From: Takakia lepidozioides
Taxonomy: Eukaryota > Plantae > Bryophyta
NCBI GenBank assembly: GCA_030704615.1
Contig: CM060733.1
Span: forward strand, 69,564,001-69,628,000
Direction of reading: 5' to 3'
DNA length: 64,000 bases
The notes below the pieces were generated by a model. That model was not told the origin of the DNA and did no database searches. It saw only the letters and a program-made list of their open reading frames with translations. Below, piece after piece: positions 36,643-50,270 of the stretch. Each line of letters begins with the position of its first letter. Within the stretch, counting starts at the first letter, position 1. The position numbers were made by a program, and so were the translations under genes.

Positions 36643-39380
36643 CTAGGGTATAATGTGTTTAGTCGCCCTGCTGCCCATTAACCAGTTAACAGCTTGGATC
36701 CCTGTTTCTCTGAAAGGGTGGTCTCTGTCCAAGACCAATGGTGAAAAGTGGTCCTTCGCCTGGCGCCATGCTTCAACATACAGTGGTCTGTTCATATATG
36801 TTGAAGTGCCTACGACTCTCTCTGGTGGCTGGAATTTGGGTAATTCCCAGTGAGTATCTTTTTCAATACTCTCATAGCGCTGCCAGCTTCCCCTCATTGT
36901 CACGAACATCTGGTACAAGTAACTGCCAATATAAAAACTTGGACAGCCCATTACAATGTCTACTGCCGGGGTAGGATTAATCTTCACTTGCCCCACTGCC
37001 CACATGTAAGCTACCAGCTCCTTGTATTCCAGGGGAGCCTGGCGCCAGAATTCAACCAATTCTACCCCTGACCATGTCTCTTCCCTAGCCAGTGGCCTCA
37101 TCCTGTATCTCAGAGGGATAAGAGTTTGATTGAGCAGATGTAATTGACCCAATGATCTGCAGGGGGTTAAGGTTTTGAAGACCTTCTCCAGTATTTCTGG
37201 GATTTGGTGGGCTGGGACTACCATCATTTTAAGGTATTCCTCTGAATACTTTAGCCACTGCCCATCCTGCTTGCATGACATGATTTGGAAATCATCCACT
37301 GCTACCGAAGTTGATGCTACCAGTACACTTGGTAGTGTTACGGGGTTTACCTCTTGAGTAGATGGCCCTGCTGTGGCCTGTACCAGTGTCTGTTGACTTG
37401 GTGGTGGTTGTGTTGCTGGTGGTGTTTGTGCTGGTGTTGTTGTTGTTGTTGTTGATTGTATTGGTGTTTCTCGTTTGTGGTCTTGCTCCTCTTGATCATC
37501 TTCGTCCATGAGCTCCTCTTGTTCTGGAATTGGTGGCAGGAACTCCTCATGAATGTCTGTCACCAACTTCGCCAATTGACATTTCATCTGCCTCACCATT
37601 GCCCTGTTGAGTTTCTTCATCTCCAATTCACTCCCTTCATTCAACCAGGCTCTGGCTAAGGCTGCGTCTGTTGCATCCAACCCTGCTTGCAATGTCAGCT
37701 TCTCCAGTTGCTGCTTCCATTCCTGTTCATTGCCCATGGCAATGTCTCTTTCTGTGGCAGCATTCTCCTTTCCCTCAGCAGTGTAGTGTTGCTGCTGAGC
37801 CACTTGGTTCCCTGATCTCTGGCAGTCCTCAGTTGCCCCTAGAGTGTCTCCACCTACTGCTTAAGCGTCTGCACCTGTCCTTTGAGTGTTTCCACCTCTG
37901 TCTCTGTTTTTCGAGATCGCTCTCGCTCTGCATTGAGGTCGGCTTGGACATGGCGTGTTTCGTCTCTCTGTATTTCCCACTTCTACTCCCACTCATCTCT
38001 GCGTTGTGCCAAAGTGTTGTATTGGCGAAGTAAGGTTGTCTTTTGATCTTCTAACGCTGCAATTGTAACCTCATGGTTACATACTGTTCTTGTAGTTGCC
38101 AATTCCCACTGGTGCTTCTCTTTGATGTGGTCTAAGATCATGCTCAAGTTCTCCAGGCTGATGTAATCCTTGGCCCTGTCCATACAAGCTGTCACTTGAC
38201 CCAATGCTTGTATTGCCTGCAGAATTACATTCTGTGGTGTTACTTCCAACCCTGTGTCCCATGCTGTTGTATCCAGAACTTGTTGTGCTAGTAGTAATTC
38301 CAAATTGGAATTACTGTCTTGCTGTTGGTGATTCTGTGCCTCTTGCACCACCTGCTGTTGCTGCTGACTGGGTGCCTCTTGCACCGTCTGCTGTTGCTGC
38401 GCCACTATGTCTCCCTCCTCTGTTCCTGGTTGTGTGGCCTCTGTGTGTGCTGCTTGCTGGGCTTCGGTGTTGCCATGGCTAATTTCCATGGGCGTTGTTT
38501 CGTTGGTCTGTGGTTGGTTTCCTCCTTCTGGCTGTTGATTCTCCCCTTCTCTCTGCACTGGGGAATCAGCCGTCGATTTGATGATGTCCTCTGTTGCTGC
38601 ACTTGTGGTTGCTTTGTTGATCCGGGCTCTCTTTGCAAGTCCGCCCTCTTCTTCTTCTTGACCTGCTGCCGTCTCACTTCCTTCTTCCTCCATCGTATCT
38701 ACCCGTTGCATAATCCCCAATGTCGCTTGCTCTTTGGGCGTTAGGTGTACAGTGTGTTGAATCATTTGGAGTATCAAGGGAGTAGCCATGGTGACAGTTC
38801 CTTCCTTCTTCTTCTTTGTCAACCGGGTCAATTCTTGGTTTAACTTCTTCAATAAGAAGCTTGCCCAATTCACGATTTGCCCATTGAGGCAAACCAATAC
38901 TTGATCGATTAGCTCCTTGGTACAGTAGTTGTGGTTTTGCCTGAGGCAAAGCAACGTGCTAAGTACTGGGGCTATCCTCCTAAAGCCGGGGCTTTTTCTG
39001 TGACTGCATGTGTAGCCCTGATCTGCTTGGTTGAGATTCTCAAACAAATCTGCAAGTACAAACCTTGGAGGTTTTCCGCTGTGCGTCGGTACGTCCAGAC
39101 TGGGAAGGTGAAACACTTCCGCCAAGTACTTCTCCGTCAGCAGGATGTGTGTGTCGCGGACATTTGTGCTCCGGGTGCTGGTGTTGTAGTTCTCCAAGAA
39201 CTCCCTGCACAGCTCGTTGTGCTTCAGGTTCCAGTCCAGCGTGGTGATGAAGTATCGCATGCCAAGACTGTCCAACGTCTCCTGTGTCTCTCTATCCTGC
39301 TCAATCTTCCGCAACGCCGGGCTGATTTTGAAATTCACTTGCGCATAAGAACTTGGTGCCTTCCGCTTGGTGCCTGCCAT
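36643..39380 (-). pseudogene. additional ORF 3' of pol (Athila env-like / plant-transposon-protein-like), broken into two pieces
   Basis: MAGTKRKAP... then ELCREFLENY...TNVRDTHILLTEKYLAEVFHLP, which resembles the LVREFY...VRG...IN..LGLP motif of Athila/Tat extra ORFs; Q/E-rich coiled coil follows. Located between integrase and PPT. Confidence 0.6.
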
Positions 39381-39799
39381 TTCTCTTAGTCTTGCGGTTG
39401 CTGTAAGGAATTGGAGCACCAATTCCTGTATCACAAGCAGTATGAAGCACACTGGAAGTAGTGTATACAGCAATTTCCAGTTTGCGGAAGAGAAGGTGAG
39501 GAGTTCGCTTCTGGGTTTAAGTAGGGGTTCTCCTCTGTAGGCTTCTTCTCTCGAGGTTCTCGTGGAGGTAATTTTGTCCTGCTGGTTGCCTAGGTTTAAA
39601 GCGCAGTTAGCTTTAATTGCTGGGCCCAGGCTTACCAAGAAGCATTTAACTTCTGGTAACGGTTTTGAGAAAACTTCGTCCTTTTTGTGCCTGATTTTCT
39701 TCCGTTGGTGTTTTATTCGTGATTTGTTTTGGATTAAAGTGATGGTCGTTGATGATTGTCCAGTTTCGGTCAGTTTATGTTCATCCAGCTTGGATGTGT

Positions 39800-42700
39800 T
39801 CATCACTTTGGTACGTGGTCTGTTTTTAGATGGGCGGCGTGGGTGCAGTACTTGCAGCTTGGTTTAATGGCTTTGCCCTTATCATCCGCCGTCTTTTGGC
39901 AATCTGTTGGATTGCGCCGTTGTTCTGCCTCCGTGTTATGATCGAAGGGTAGTGGTGTATGATTACCTCGGTCGGTGGGGTGATCTGGAGCGTACATCTC
40001 GGAGTTCAACACAAGCAGTGACTCGTTGGCTACTTCGTATTCGTTCACGGTTCTGTAGGGCATCTGTGCTGGCCACGGTTCACCATACGGTATACGGGGT
40101 GGTAATGTTGTCCTCCAGATGAATGGTGGTCTAGCTGTCGTGGTGCCCTGAATTCGTGTTGCCACCTGTCTTAGTACATGCCGATTCACCATGTCGTGAT
40201 GAATGTAGTATGCATTGGCGGTTTCACGCTCCTCATCTTTAGTTTGATCTTCTTCGTTGGCGTATAAGTCATGTATAAGGGCTTTGTCATGTATTCCTTG
40301 GTAGCCTTTTAACTTGTTAATATTAATTCGTCCCACGAATTCTTGTTCCAAGGTCTGCAAATCAACAGTTCCATTGTCATGTACCTTTTTTATTTGAAAT
40401 GGTCCCAACCATGGCATTTTTAATTTTCCGCCCAGTTTGATCTACTTGATTTTTGGTAACCACAAAATAATGTCCCCCTCCTGGAAAGATTTCTCTTTCC
40501 CTTCGGATATTATTTTTCTTCGTTGTTCTTGGATCCATGCCATGTTATCTGCGGCGTCTGCTCGAACTTCTTCCAGATGGAATAACTCATATTCCCCGAC
40601 TCGTAGAGATTCCTCTAAACCCCATCGTTCATGAGTTTCGGTTCGTAGTGTGGGTATCATACATTCAATGGGTAATAGTGCCTCTGCTCCATACACAAGT
40701 TGAAATGGTGTATGTTTCGTGGTGACCTTGTATGATGTCCTGACTGCCCATAGTGTTGTGTTCAATTTGGTGTCCCAATCTGTTCGATTGGCATTTACTA
40801 TCTTGGTTTAGTGCATAATATCTTGTTGGTAGATTCGGCCTGGCCGTTTCCTTGGGGATAGTAAGCAGTACTCTTGTGATGTACAATCATGAACTCCTTT
40901 GTCAAGCATTTTATGGCATCATTTATAAAATGTGATCCTTGATCACTGACGAATTCCAGTGGGCAACCAAATCGTGTGATGATGTTTTCATATAAGAATT
41001 TGGTTGTCGATGTGGCAGTGTTGTCTCTTAGTGCCTTGGCCTCTACCCATTTGGTAGTGTAGTCAATGGCGGTGAGGATGTATTGGTTTTGTGTGCACCT
41101 TGCTGGAGGTTTAATGGGTCCCACGAAGTCTAGCCCCCAGCGCTGAAATGGTTCTGTTGGTAGTATTGGGTGCAGAGTACCCTTCCCAGTTCGTTCTACT
41201 GGTCCCATCCTCTGGCAAACATCACACTGTTGACAGTGTTCATAAGTATCTCCAAATACAGTAGGCCACCAGTAACCTGCTAATAATATCTTCTTTGCTG
41301 TTAGGTCCGAACTGAAGTGTCCTCCTGCAATTCCTTCGTGTAGTTCTTGCAATACTGTTTTGGCTTGCTCTTTGTTTACACATCTTCTCATTATGGAGTC
41401 AATTCCTCTTTTGTACAGAATCCCCTTGATCATTGTGTATGGCTTGCTTTTCATTGAAAGCTTTATTTGGTGTAGTCTTCAGGAAATTTCCCTGTGTTCA
41501 GATAGTATTTGATTGGCCATTGCCAATCATCTTGATCTTGATCTTGAATGTCTTTTGATTCTTCTTTGGTAACTGTATAAGCTCCAATACTGATATTGGC
41601 CAATTCTTGATTGTTTGTTTCTTCGTTTTCCTTGTCATCTTCTTCTTCTAAATCTGGCTCTTCCTCAATAATAGGTCCTTCATCAAGAGGTTCATCTTCA
41701 TATGATGAGTCCTCTTCTTCATCAGTGTCATCCATGAGTTTAAGAGCATCTGGATGATCATAGTCTCCTTGAAACATTCCCAGAGCGTCTATAGGATCTG
41801 TCTCTTCATCTGGTGCTTCTGGTTGAACAACAAACATAAATGCGTCGGGAAGTTGATCCTCTACCCCCGTGGCTAGTTCTCCTGTAGTAATCCTTGACAG
41901 ATGATCTGCTGTAACATGTAATCTCCCTGGTTTATGAACAACTTCAAAATCATACTCATGAAGAAGTAATAACCATCGAGCAACCCTGCCACTAGCTAGT
42001 GGTCGATTTGCTAAATGAATTAGAGCCTGATGATCAACAATAAACTTAAAGTGATTGCCAAGTAAATAATGTCGAAACTTTTGAACAACATAAATCATTG
42101 CCATTGCTTCCCTTTCTGTGGTGCTATAGTTCTTCTCGGCTGCTGTCGACAATCTGCTTGCATAATAGATTGGTGAATCTATTGTGCCTGTCACATTCTG
42201 AGCTAAAACTGCTCCCAAAGCAATGCCTGATGCATCATTGTGTGCATGAAATGGTAAATCCTATCTTGGATTTATCAGAATTGGTGCTGCTATGAGTGCC
42301 ATTTTTAGTGAATCGAATGATTCCTGGCAAGCTGGAGATATTCGGCAATCTTGCTTCAGTAGTCTATAGACTGGTGCTGCTCTGTGAACATATTTGTCCA
42401 TGTACCTTCTGTAATAGCTCGTCTGTCCCAGAAATCTCTTAAGTTTCTTGGGATTTTCTGGTGGTGGTATTTTCTGGATAACCTCCACTTTCTTGGATGC
42501 ACCAGAATTCCGTGTTGGCACACAATGTGTCCCAACCATAATCCTGAATTCACACAAAATGTACATTTTTTCCGGATTGAGACTTACTCCATTGTTTCTG
42601 TAGGCTTGTAGGCAAAGTTTTAACTGTGCCAAGTGTTTGGATTTATGTCCGAAGACACTGAAATCATCCAAAAACACCTGCATAAAATCGTTGAGATAAT

Positions 42701-44730
42701 TCTTGAATATCTCATATACTGCTCGCTGACATGTGGCTGGTGCGTTGCAAAGTCCAAATGGCATGACTTTGTAAGCATAGGCTTCCCATTAGTGATGAAT
42801 GCGGTCTTTTCTCGGTCTTCTTATGCCATCTGCACCTGATTGTACCCACTAAACCCATCCATGAATGAGTACATCTCATGTCCGGCCACTGTGTCCAACA
42901 CTATTTCGGTGAAAGGTAGTGGAAATGGGTCTTTCTTGGTTCCTACGTTTAACTTGCGGTAGTCCACACATACTCGTAGTTTTCCATTTTTCTTGGGTAC
43001 TATCACAATGGGCGATAGCCATTGTGGTGTCTCTACTGGGTATATGAATCCTGCATCCAGTAATTTCTTGATTTCTTCCCAAACTTTAGCTGCATAGTTG
43101 GGGTTCATTCTGGAACGGTTCTGACAAATTGGTTTTGTGTCAACTTCCAATTCAATTCGGTGTTGACAGATGTTGGAAGGTATACCCTTCAAATCTTTAT
43201 AGTTCCAGGCAAATACATCATTGTATTCAGTGAATAAGGCAGTGGCTTCTTGTAGAAATGATTCTTCAAGACCTGCACTTACTCGTATTATCTGTGGTTC
43301 TTCCACTGTTCCCAGATTCACTTGAGTCAATTGAGTTTCTTCCGTTACTGTCCATCCTGCAATCTCTTGTCCGATGGTTGCAATCGTGGTAGGTACTTCA
43401 CTGATTTGAATGTCCTCTTCCCTTTCTTGATAGAAACGGGCAGGGTGCTGAGGTGTGTCCATTGCTTCCGGATCTTCTATTCTCGAAGTATTTGGTTCTC
43501 CTTGGGTGTTCACCACGTGACATCCTACTGTTGTGGTATGCTTGACCACTAATTGCCCAATAGGTTCCAACTGTGGATTTCTTTTGCTTGGGTTTTTCTT
43601 CATCATCAAAGTCCTCTTCTTCCAAGGGATCCTTGGAATCTTTGCTTCTGCTCTGATGGAATCCCAATTCCAATTTCTTTGCAGTTCCTACTGCTTCAGC
43701 CAAAGTGTTGTTAGGCATGACTATAACCATGGTTACATATTCAGGACGAAGTTCGTTGATGAACCATGATTTTTGCAAATCATTCCCTGGTGCTTGAGGT
43801 AGCTTCCTGATCAGAGTTTTCATTCTCTCTAGGTAGTCGACTACCGGTTCTTTTTTTTTCTATCTCAGGTTTTGTAATCATATGAAGATTTCACACGTGG
43901 ATTTGTTGGATCTATATCTTTCTTGAAATGCGGCTCTCATATCCGCCTAATTTGCAAAGTGATTTGCTGGAAAGGTTGCCAACCATTCAATGACTTTCGT
44001 GGCCATTGAACAAGGAAATAATCGGATCTTTTCCTGGTCTGTTGCTTCATTGTAAATGGTGCACATGTTCTCAAATTGATTAAGATGGATATCTGGATCA
44101 GATTTCCCATCATATAAAGGAAACGACGGTCTGGTTTTGCTCGCTGCTAAAGCCATTGGTGCAGCTGGTGCAACTAGTTATCCAAACTGGGATGGTCCCG
44201 CTGCTGCTGGCTGTGGTGGTGTTGGTGTTTGTCTTCCAAACAGTGATTCAAAGCTAGGAGGCCCTTGTCCCAATGATAGCCGTCTTCCAGCTGCTGTCCC
44301 TACTAAGCTTAATGAATCTTTAAAAGCTTTGAGTGCAGTCCTGGTTATCCTTTCTGGAGAAGTGGTTTCACTTCTTTCACCTTCTTCACTCAGAATATTT
44401 TCAAATCTTTCTTCCAATATTTCAGCAAAGCCTCGATTTGGACTGGTTACTGTAGAAGGTCCTTCAGATCTTTCTTGTGGTAACCATTCATCAAGTGCAT
44501 TACTGGCAACTCCTTCTCGAGTAGTGTTCTCACTTTCCAACGATCCGATTTCCTGATCTTCTGGTTTATCACTGTCAATTTGTCTTGATGTCTCACCTTG
44601 AATAATATTCAAGTTTTGTAATTCTGGGAACTCTTTTCTCAACCGAGCTTCCCTTTCTGCAACATATTTCTCTATTCTCTCTGCTATGTCTTGTTTAGCT
44701 TTGTCTTTAATTTCCTCATTCATTCCCACA
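39800..44730 (-). pseudogene. Gypsy gag-pol remnants (gag, RT, RNase H, integrase)
   Basis: gag FPLYDGKSDPDIHL; RT LRVCVDYRKLN, MDGFSGYNQV, MPFGLCNAPAT, FLDD; RNase H YYASRL..AEKNYSTTERE, VDHQAL; [45 protein letters not shown]. Protease not seen; many frameshifts. Confidence 0.93.
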
Positions 44731-46099
44731 TCATATACAAAATTCTTTTCCAGTACCCTTTAATCAGTCTTGGTATGTCAGTAAGAAAAATTATAGTGGT
44801 CTTTACCCTTTCTCCAAGATTTACCCTATCTTGCCAGAATCCATATTACGACTTAATTTTCCCTTTACTGATTGATCACCAATCTTTCAATGGGCACAAT
44901 AATACCATTTGTCTTTTTCAGTGTATCTGACTTGTAACAAGTCTTTGGGTATCCAGTACTCTACTGCTTCTACGATCATATGACAATATTCATAATTTGA
45001 ACATCTTTCCCTGAAAATATAACTAGTGTAGCAAACTTTTCTGATCGAGATTAGAGTAATCAATAAAGCTAGACGAGACAACCATTCTTCACTTCTGATT
45101 CTAGAGGTTTACTATTTCATGAGCCCATGAGCTCATGAGCCTATGAGCTCATGAGCCCATGAGCGTGCATCCACGAAATTAGAAATAATCTGCCGTTAGT
45201 GACGGTAATAGGGCATATATCCACGGTAATAGGCACTGTTTCTGAACTCCGGGGACGCGGCTAGGCCTATTGCGGCGCCGTTATTCACATTTAGGGTTTG
45301 GAAAAAGAATTAAAAATGGCAGGAGATGGGTTAATCACGGTGCCGTAATACCAGCTTCGTGCTTCTCGAAAAATTTCTTGGTAGTGATGACTTGAGACCG
45401 GCCTATTGCTGCGACGTTTTTTTGTTTGTGGTCACCCAAAATTATAAAGTAAAGTCTGACATTGGCTTATTGCAACACTATTATATCATTTGTAAAGGTC
45501 TTGTTGTTCCCAACACCTTATACTAGCCTATTGTTGTGTCATTTTTCTGTCAAAGATAAGAGGTCCCATCACATAATATAGTTGAATTGGCTTTTTTTAA
45601 GACTAAATAAATCCCACACTGACTGAAGAGAGGTTAGGAAATTGCCATTCACTCTCCACCTAAGCTTGCAAAGTGTCCTCCTCATCGCCGCCACTTTCAG
45701 ACGTGGACATAGCGATAAACTTGAGTACTTTGGCCTTGACAATTCTTGTATTGGGCCTCCCTCAATTGTATTCTCTCATTTCTTGCAGCCAGTAATTGCT
45801 CTACCCAATTAGGCCTCTCCGCCCTCTTAATGGATCTCTAGCAGCCGTGTTTGCATACAATGGGAGAAGAAATAAGAAGGGGAGGAGGAGACCGAAGTTG
45901 AGGAGGCTCAAGTACGGGAGAAGCCGCTTCCCCCAATGCATGTATTTGAGTGAGTTGCACCATTGTAAGTGTGTTGGGTTCAATTATAGCGACATCCATG
46001 TTTGACCATTATAAACCCTAAACGTTTGTTGACATATGGCAATATTTACATACTGCCATGTTACAGCCTTGCAGACTCGTCCAATGAGGAGATGGTTGA

Positions 46100-47140
46100 T
46101 GAAACAAAGACTAAAATACAAATGCCATTCTTTGCCAGAAGGTCCTTTCTTGCAGTCCTCATCGTCCTCATGCTCCTCCTCTGCTGGCAACTGCTGCAGG
46201 CCCGCTACATGGGAGTCGTAGAAGGTTGTTTTTCCTTCAAATGCGAAGACATGCCGACTAGACTCGCGCCCGGCCCAGTACATTGAAGCACCTATCCATG
46301 AGTCTAGTGATCAAGAACAAATATGTCAATAGCAATCGTGAGTAGCCATAGTAAATCCATGAATATCTATAGAGGACAATGGACTCTAATAACGACACCG
46401 CAACTACAAGAATCTCCTACTTGTGTTGGCTGCAATGTCCAACACCCTGCCTTCTATGCTTGAACATGTTTCCATCAGCATTTGAATGAAAGTGGGACTT
46501 CTTGTCCTCCCATGCCTCCAAGCCCTCCCCCTCATGTCCCATGGAATATTGCGTGGTGAGACATGGTTGAAGAGAATGTCATACTCTATAGGGTCCACTA
46601 TGGAGTCAACCATACAACCGTCTCCCCATAATTCAAAATTGAATTCTTCTTGGTGACTGTGTCAAATAGAAGAGGCTGCACAAAAACAAGGTCGTTATTT
46701 TGACATAAGATTCCCCACAATTAGAATAAGGGCGCCGCAATTTACACTAGACAACTCTAGAGCTTACCTTCTGGCCATCGCAGGTTAGATGGTCCATGCT
46801 GTTGATGCAAGTCATCTCTTCTTCAAGGTGGGTGCAACACTTTTTTCCGTCCACACTTTCAAGGCTTCCGCACTCATCTTGTAACATATGTTAGAGAGCA
46901 ATTTTGATTGGTGACAGAGGATTTTAAAGAGACAGTAAAATAGTAGCAGACATTTGCATACCTTCTCGGCCGGGTCCACACAGGCGGTGGTGATATGATG
47001 TAGTTTTTCCACATCTCTGGTTTGATGGTTTTTGAGTAGTGCTTTGCTATCTCTGACAATATTGTCTCTTAAAGGCTTGGGTCAGGGATCGCTATAGACC
47101 TGACAACTTTGGATCTGTACTTGGTCCGCGACCGTTGCCT
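46100..47140 (-). pseudogene. diverged remnant of the MULE methyltransferase-like cargo gene
   Basis: KYRSKVV..IPDPSL..ILSEIAKHYSKTIKPEM.EKLHHITTACVDPAEK, VDSIVDPIEYD...AWRHGRTRSPTFIQMLMETCSSIEGRVLDIAANT and GASMYWAGRESSRHVFAFEG all align by eye with the 26230-30870 gene; introns fall at the same positions (after GQK and within motif I). Confidence 0.8.
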
Positions 47141-48446
47141 GCAAGGACGATGACATCCCGGACGAGGGCCTGGGTCTTATTGGGGATCTCACATCCAACA
47201 GTGGAACTCATCCAGGCCAGGAATGCTTTCCGTTCCTCGGGATGGGCCCGTTATCCCTATTACAGCGCCGCAACTCATCAGTGTCGGGTTATCCCGCTAT
47301 GGGGATTGGCATGTTCATCCATAATATGGCGTATTAATTCATCTGTGCCGGGCTATTCCGTTCTACAGATGGGCCCATTCAACTATATTACAACGTCGTA
47401 TTTCAACAGTGTCGGGTTACCACGTTCTGCGGATGGGCCGACTCATTTTTATTACGGGTATATTTATCCTAATTTAGATGAACGAGTCTATCTTGAAGAC
47501 GATAAAGAGCGCTTTGGATGATATGCGGTGTCTTTTTGGATGAATTGCGGTGCCGCAATAGGAATAAACGGTCCTAGCCTGACACCGGTCGGCCCCTCCA
47601 CTGATGAATTACGACACTGCAATATGAATGAACTGACCCAGATGATGGATGAACAATGACACTGTTATAGGGATGATAAGTGACATTGCTATTTGATGAC
47701 AAGTTTTATACATGGAAATGACGTTTTTTCTACGAATTTGCATTTTTGTAAAATGCATACTTGGTTGTAAAGACATGAAGTACTCATTTATGTGCTGCTG
47801 CAGTCGCTATTGCGGCGCCGAAATTGCGTACGGCAGTCAGTGAATATTGACCGTTGGGTTTCACGTCGAGGTGTTCGTGCCTTTGTACTTGCAGATTTAG
47901 GCTAAGAAATCTAAGTTCGGTAGCATATAATGGCGCCGTAATTGTAATATATCCTGGTTTCATTTGGAATTGGATGACTTATAGACCTGGCCCAGAGTCC
48001 TCGAAGGTCCTCATAATGAAATATAGGTACGAGAATTGGCCGATGAGATTGTCATCCGAAAATTTTCCAACGAATCCTCAGATGGAGGATTAACGTCGCC
48101 CTTACTATGACTTGTTCATGATAGACCTTCTGTCTGCGTAGCAGCCACTATATCAGACCCATCCAATTGGATTCAATGTCATCATTTCTTCTGCATACGG
48201 GCCGATTGCGTTGTCAGGAATGTGTGTGTTCTGTGACAGGGTGACAGAGAAGCGTAAAAACGCACATGACACATATGTTGTGCTGTATAGAGTGCAAGAA
48301 GTGGGACTTGCACCTCTGAAGGACTTTAAAACAGCCATCAATCTGGAGTTGTTAAGGAAGTCAGAGGTGAAAGCAGGCCGCACCTAGTCCGCCGGCTTAT
48401 CTTGGACACCATGGTCGAATACATCTATTTGGTGAGATTCAGCCCT

Positions 48447-48822
48447 AACTTTTGCTCACGGGTATGTTCATCCGAATTTCGGCGTTGAAAATTATCCGTG
48501 GGTCAAAATATCTTTCTACTCACGGGTATGTTCATCCCTATTTCGGCGCCAAAATTCGTCCATGGGTTTAAATTCATTTTGATTACGGGTACGTTCATCC
48601 CTATTATGGCGCCGAAATTCATCCGTAGGTCGAAATAACTTTTTGCTCACGGGTACGTTCTTCCCTATTTCGGCGCCAAAATTCATCCGTGGGTCGAAAT
48701 AACTTTTTGCTCCCAGGTACGTTCATCCCTATTTCGGCGCCGAAATTCATTCGTGGTCCGAAATAATTTTTTGCTCACGGGTATGTTCATCACTATTTCG
48801 GCGCTGAAATTCATCCATGACC

Positions 48823-48862
<40 letters not shown>

Positions 48863-49560
48863 CCTCCCGGCGGCGGTTCCTCAGGATTGGCCTATTTCGG
48901 CGCCGAAATTCATCCATGAAGGAGGTTGTGTGTGTGTGTATGGGTTTTTTTTCGACGTAATGGGCCCGATCGTCCCTATTACGGCGCCACAATCCAATGG
49001 TTCTGTCCCCTTGTCGTCCGCATTCTTGTCTGTTCAACCCTTTTGCGACATCGTGATTCATCCATCTGCTCACGGGTACGTTCATCCCTATTTCGGCGCC
49101 GTAATTCATCCGTGGGTTTAAATTTTTTCTTGATATAGGGTATGTTCATCCCTATTTCGGCGCCGAAATTCATCCTTAGGTCCAAAATAACTTTTTGCTC
49201 ACAGTTATGTTCATCCATATTTCGGCGCCGAAAATCATCCGTGGGTCGAAATAACCTTTTACTCATGCGTATCTTCATCCCTATTTCGACGTCGAAATTC
49301 ATCCATGGGTTTAAATTCATTTTTGTTCATGGGTTCGTTCATCCCTATTTCGGCGCCGAAATTCATTTATGGGTGGAAATTCTTTTTTGCTCACGGGTAA
49401 GTTCATTCCTATTTCGGCGCCAAAATTCATCCGTGGGCTGAAATTCTTTTTTGCTCACGCGTATGTTCATCCTTATTTCGGCGCCGAAATTTATTCGTGG
49501 GCTGAAATTTCTTTTTGCTCACGGGTATGTTCATCCCTATTTCGGCGTCATAGCGGTGTG
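48447..49560. repeat. ~64-bp tandem repeat (~16 units) with a 16-bp palindromic core ATTTCGGCGCCGAAAT
   Basis: GGCGCC-type cores at 48545, 48608, 48672, 48736, 48800 and onward (period 63-64); interrupted by a T40 run; degenerate copies extend to ~49870. Confidence 0.92.
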
Positions 49561-49869
49561 ATATCCCTTTCTCGTCCGATTTCGTGCATGTTCATCCCTA
49601 TTGCTGCGTCGTAATTCATCCATCTCGAGGGTTTCGAACTGTCATATTAGGACTGTTCATCCCTATTACGACGCCTTAAATTCCTCCAGATCATGCCATT
49701 CTCATTTGATTGCCATCCCGTTCATCCCTATTACGGCGCCGTAATAGGGGTGTGACATCATTTTCTTGTCCGCTTTTGTGCCCGTTCATCCCTTTTGCGA
49801 CGTCGTAATTCATCCATTCCGAGGGTTTCAAACTGTCATGTCGGGACTGTTCATCTCTATTACGGCACA

Positions 49870-50270
49870 ATGAAGAAGCTGGGCGAGGGGGATATGAAGG
49901 AACTTCTAGAAGCTGGGAAATGGACTCCAGTATTGCGAGAAGCTATAAGATCGACACCCTTACACCATCGGGGGGACTGTCTCGAGGGTGATGTCCACAA
50001 TCGGCCGGTGAAGAGAATAATTGACAACCTCCCAGGAGGCGACGGGGATTCATGGAGATCAGATATGGACATCCACACTCAACCTCGGGGCCCAACGATG
50101 TTGCTTAGGACGCCAGGTCCAAGCAGGACTCCCACTCCCCTGAAAACACTTGTACTACAAATATCTGAAGCGCGTGAAGTGCATTCTTATAGTGGACGAC
50201 TTCATCCATGCTCCAACACTGAGCTTCAACGAGCTCCACAAGGTCCTCAGGCAGAATATAGGGAGAAGGT
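49870..50270 (+). pseudogene. C-terminal remnant of MULE transposase (SWIM region)
   Basis: KLGEGDMKELLEAG, HNRPVKR and P*KHLYYKYLKRVKC...DDFIHAPTLSFNELHKVLRQ parallel LSKLEIDMLEEAG, NDRPTKR and PCKHLYYIYIRRMFC...DTYIHQCTIGPSDVHTLLQR of MULE-1. Confidence 0.75.

Noticed and set aside
48447-49560. CRISPR-like array (palindromic repeats at regular spacing)
   Set aside because: The intervening sequences are copies of each other rather than unique spacers, there are no cas genes, and the context is a eukaryotic TE; it is a tandem repeat.
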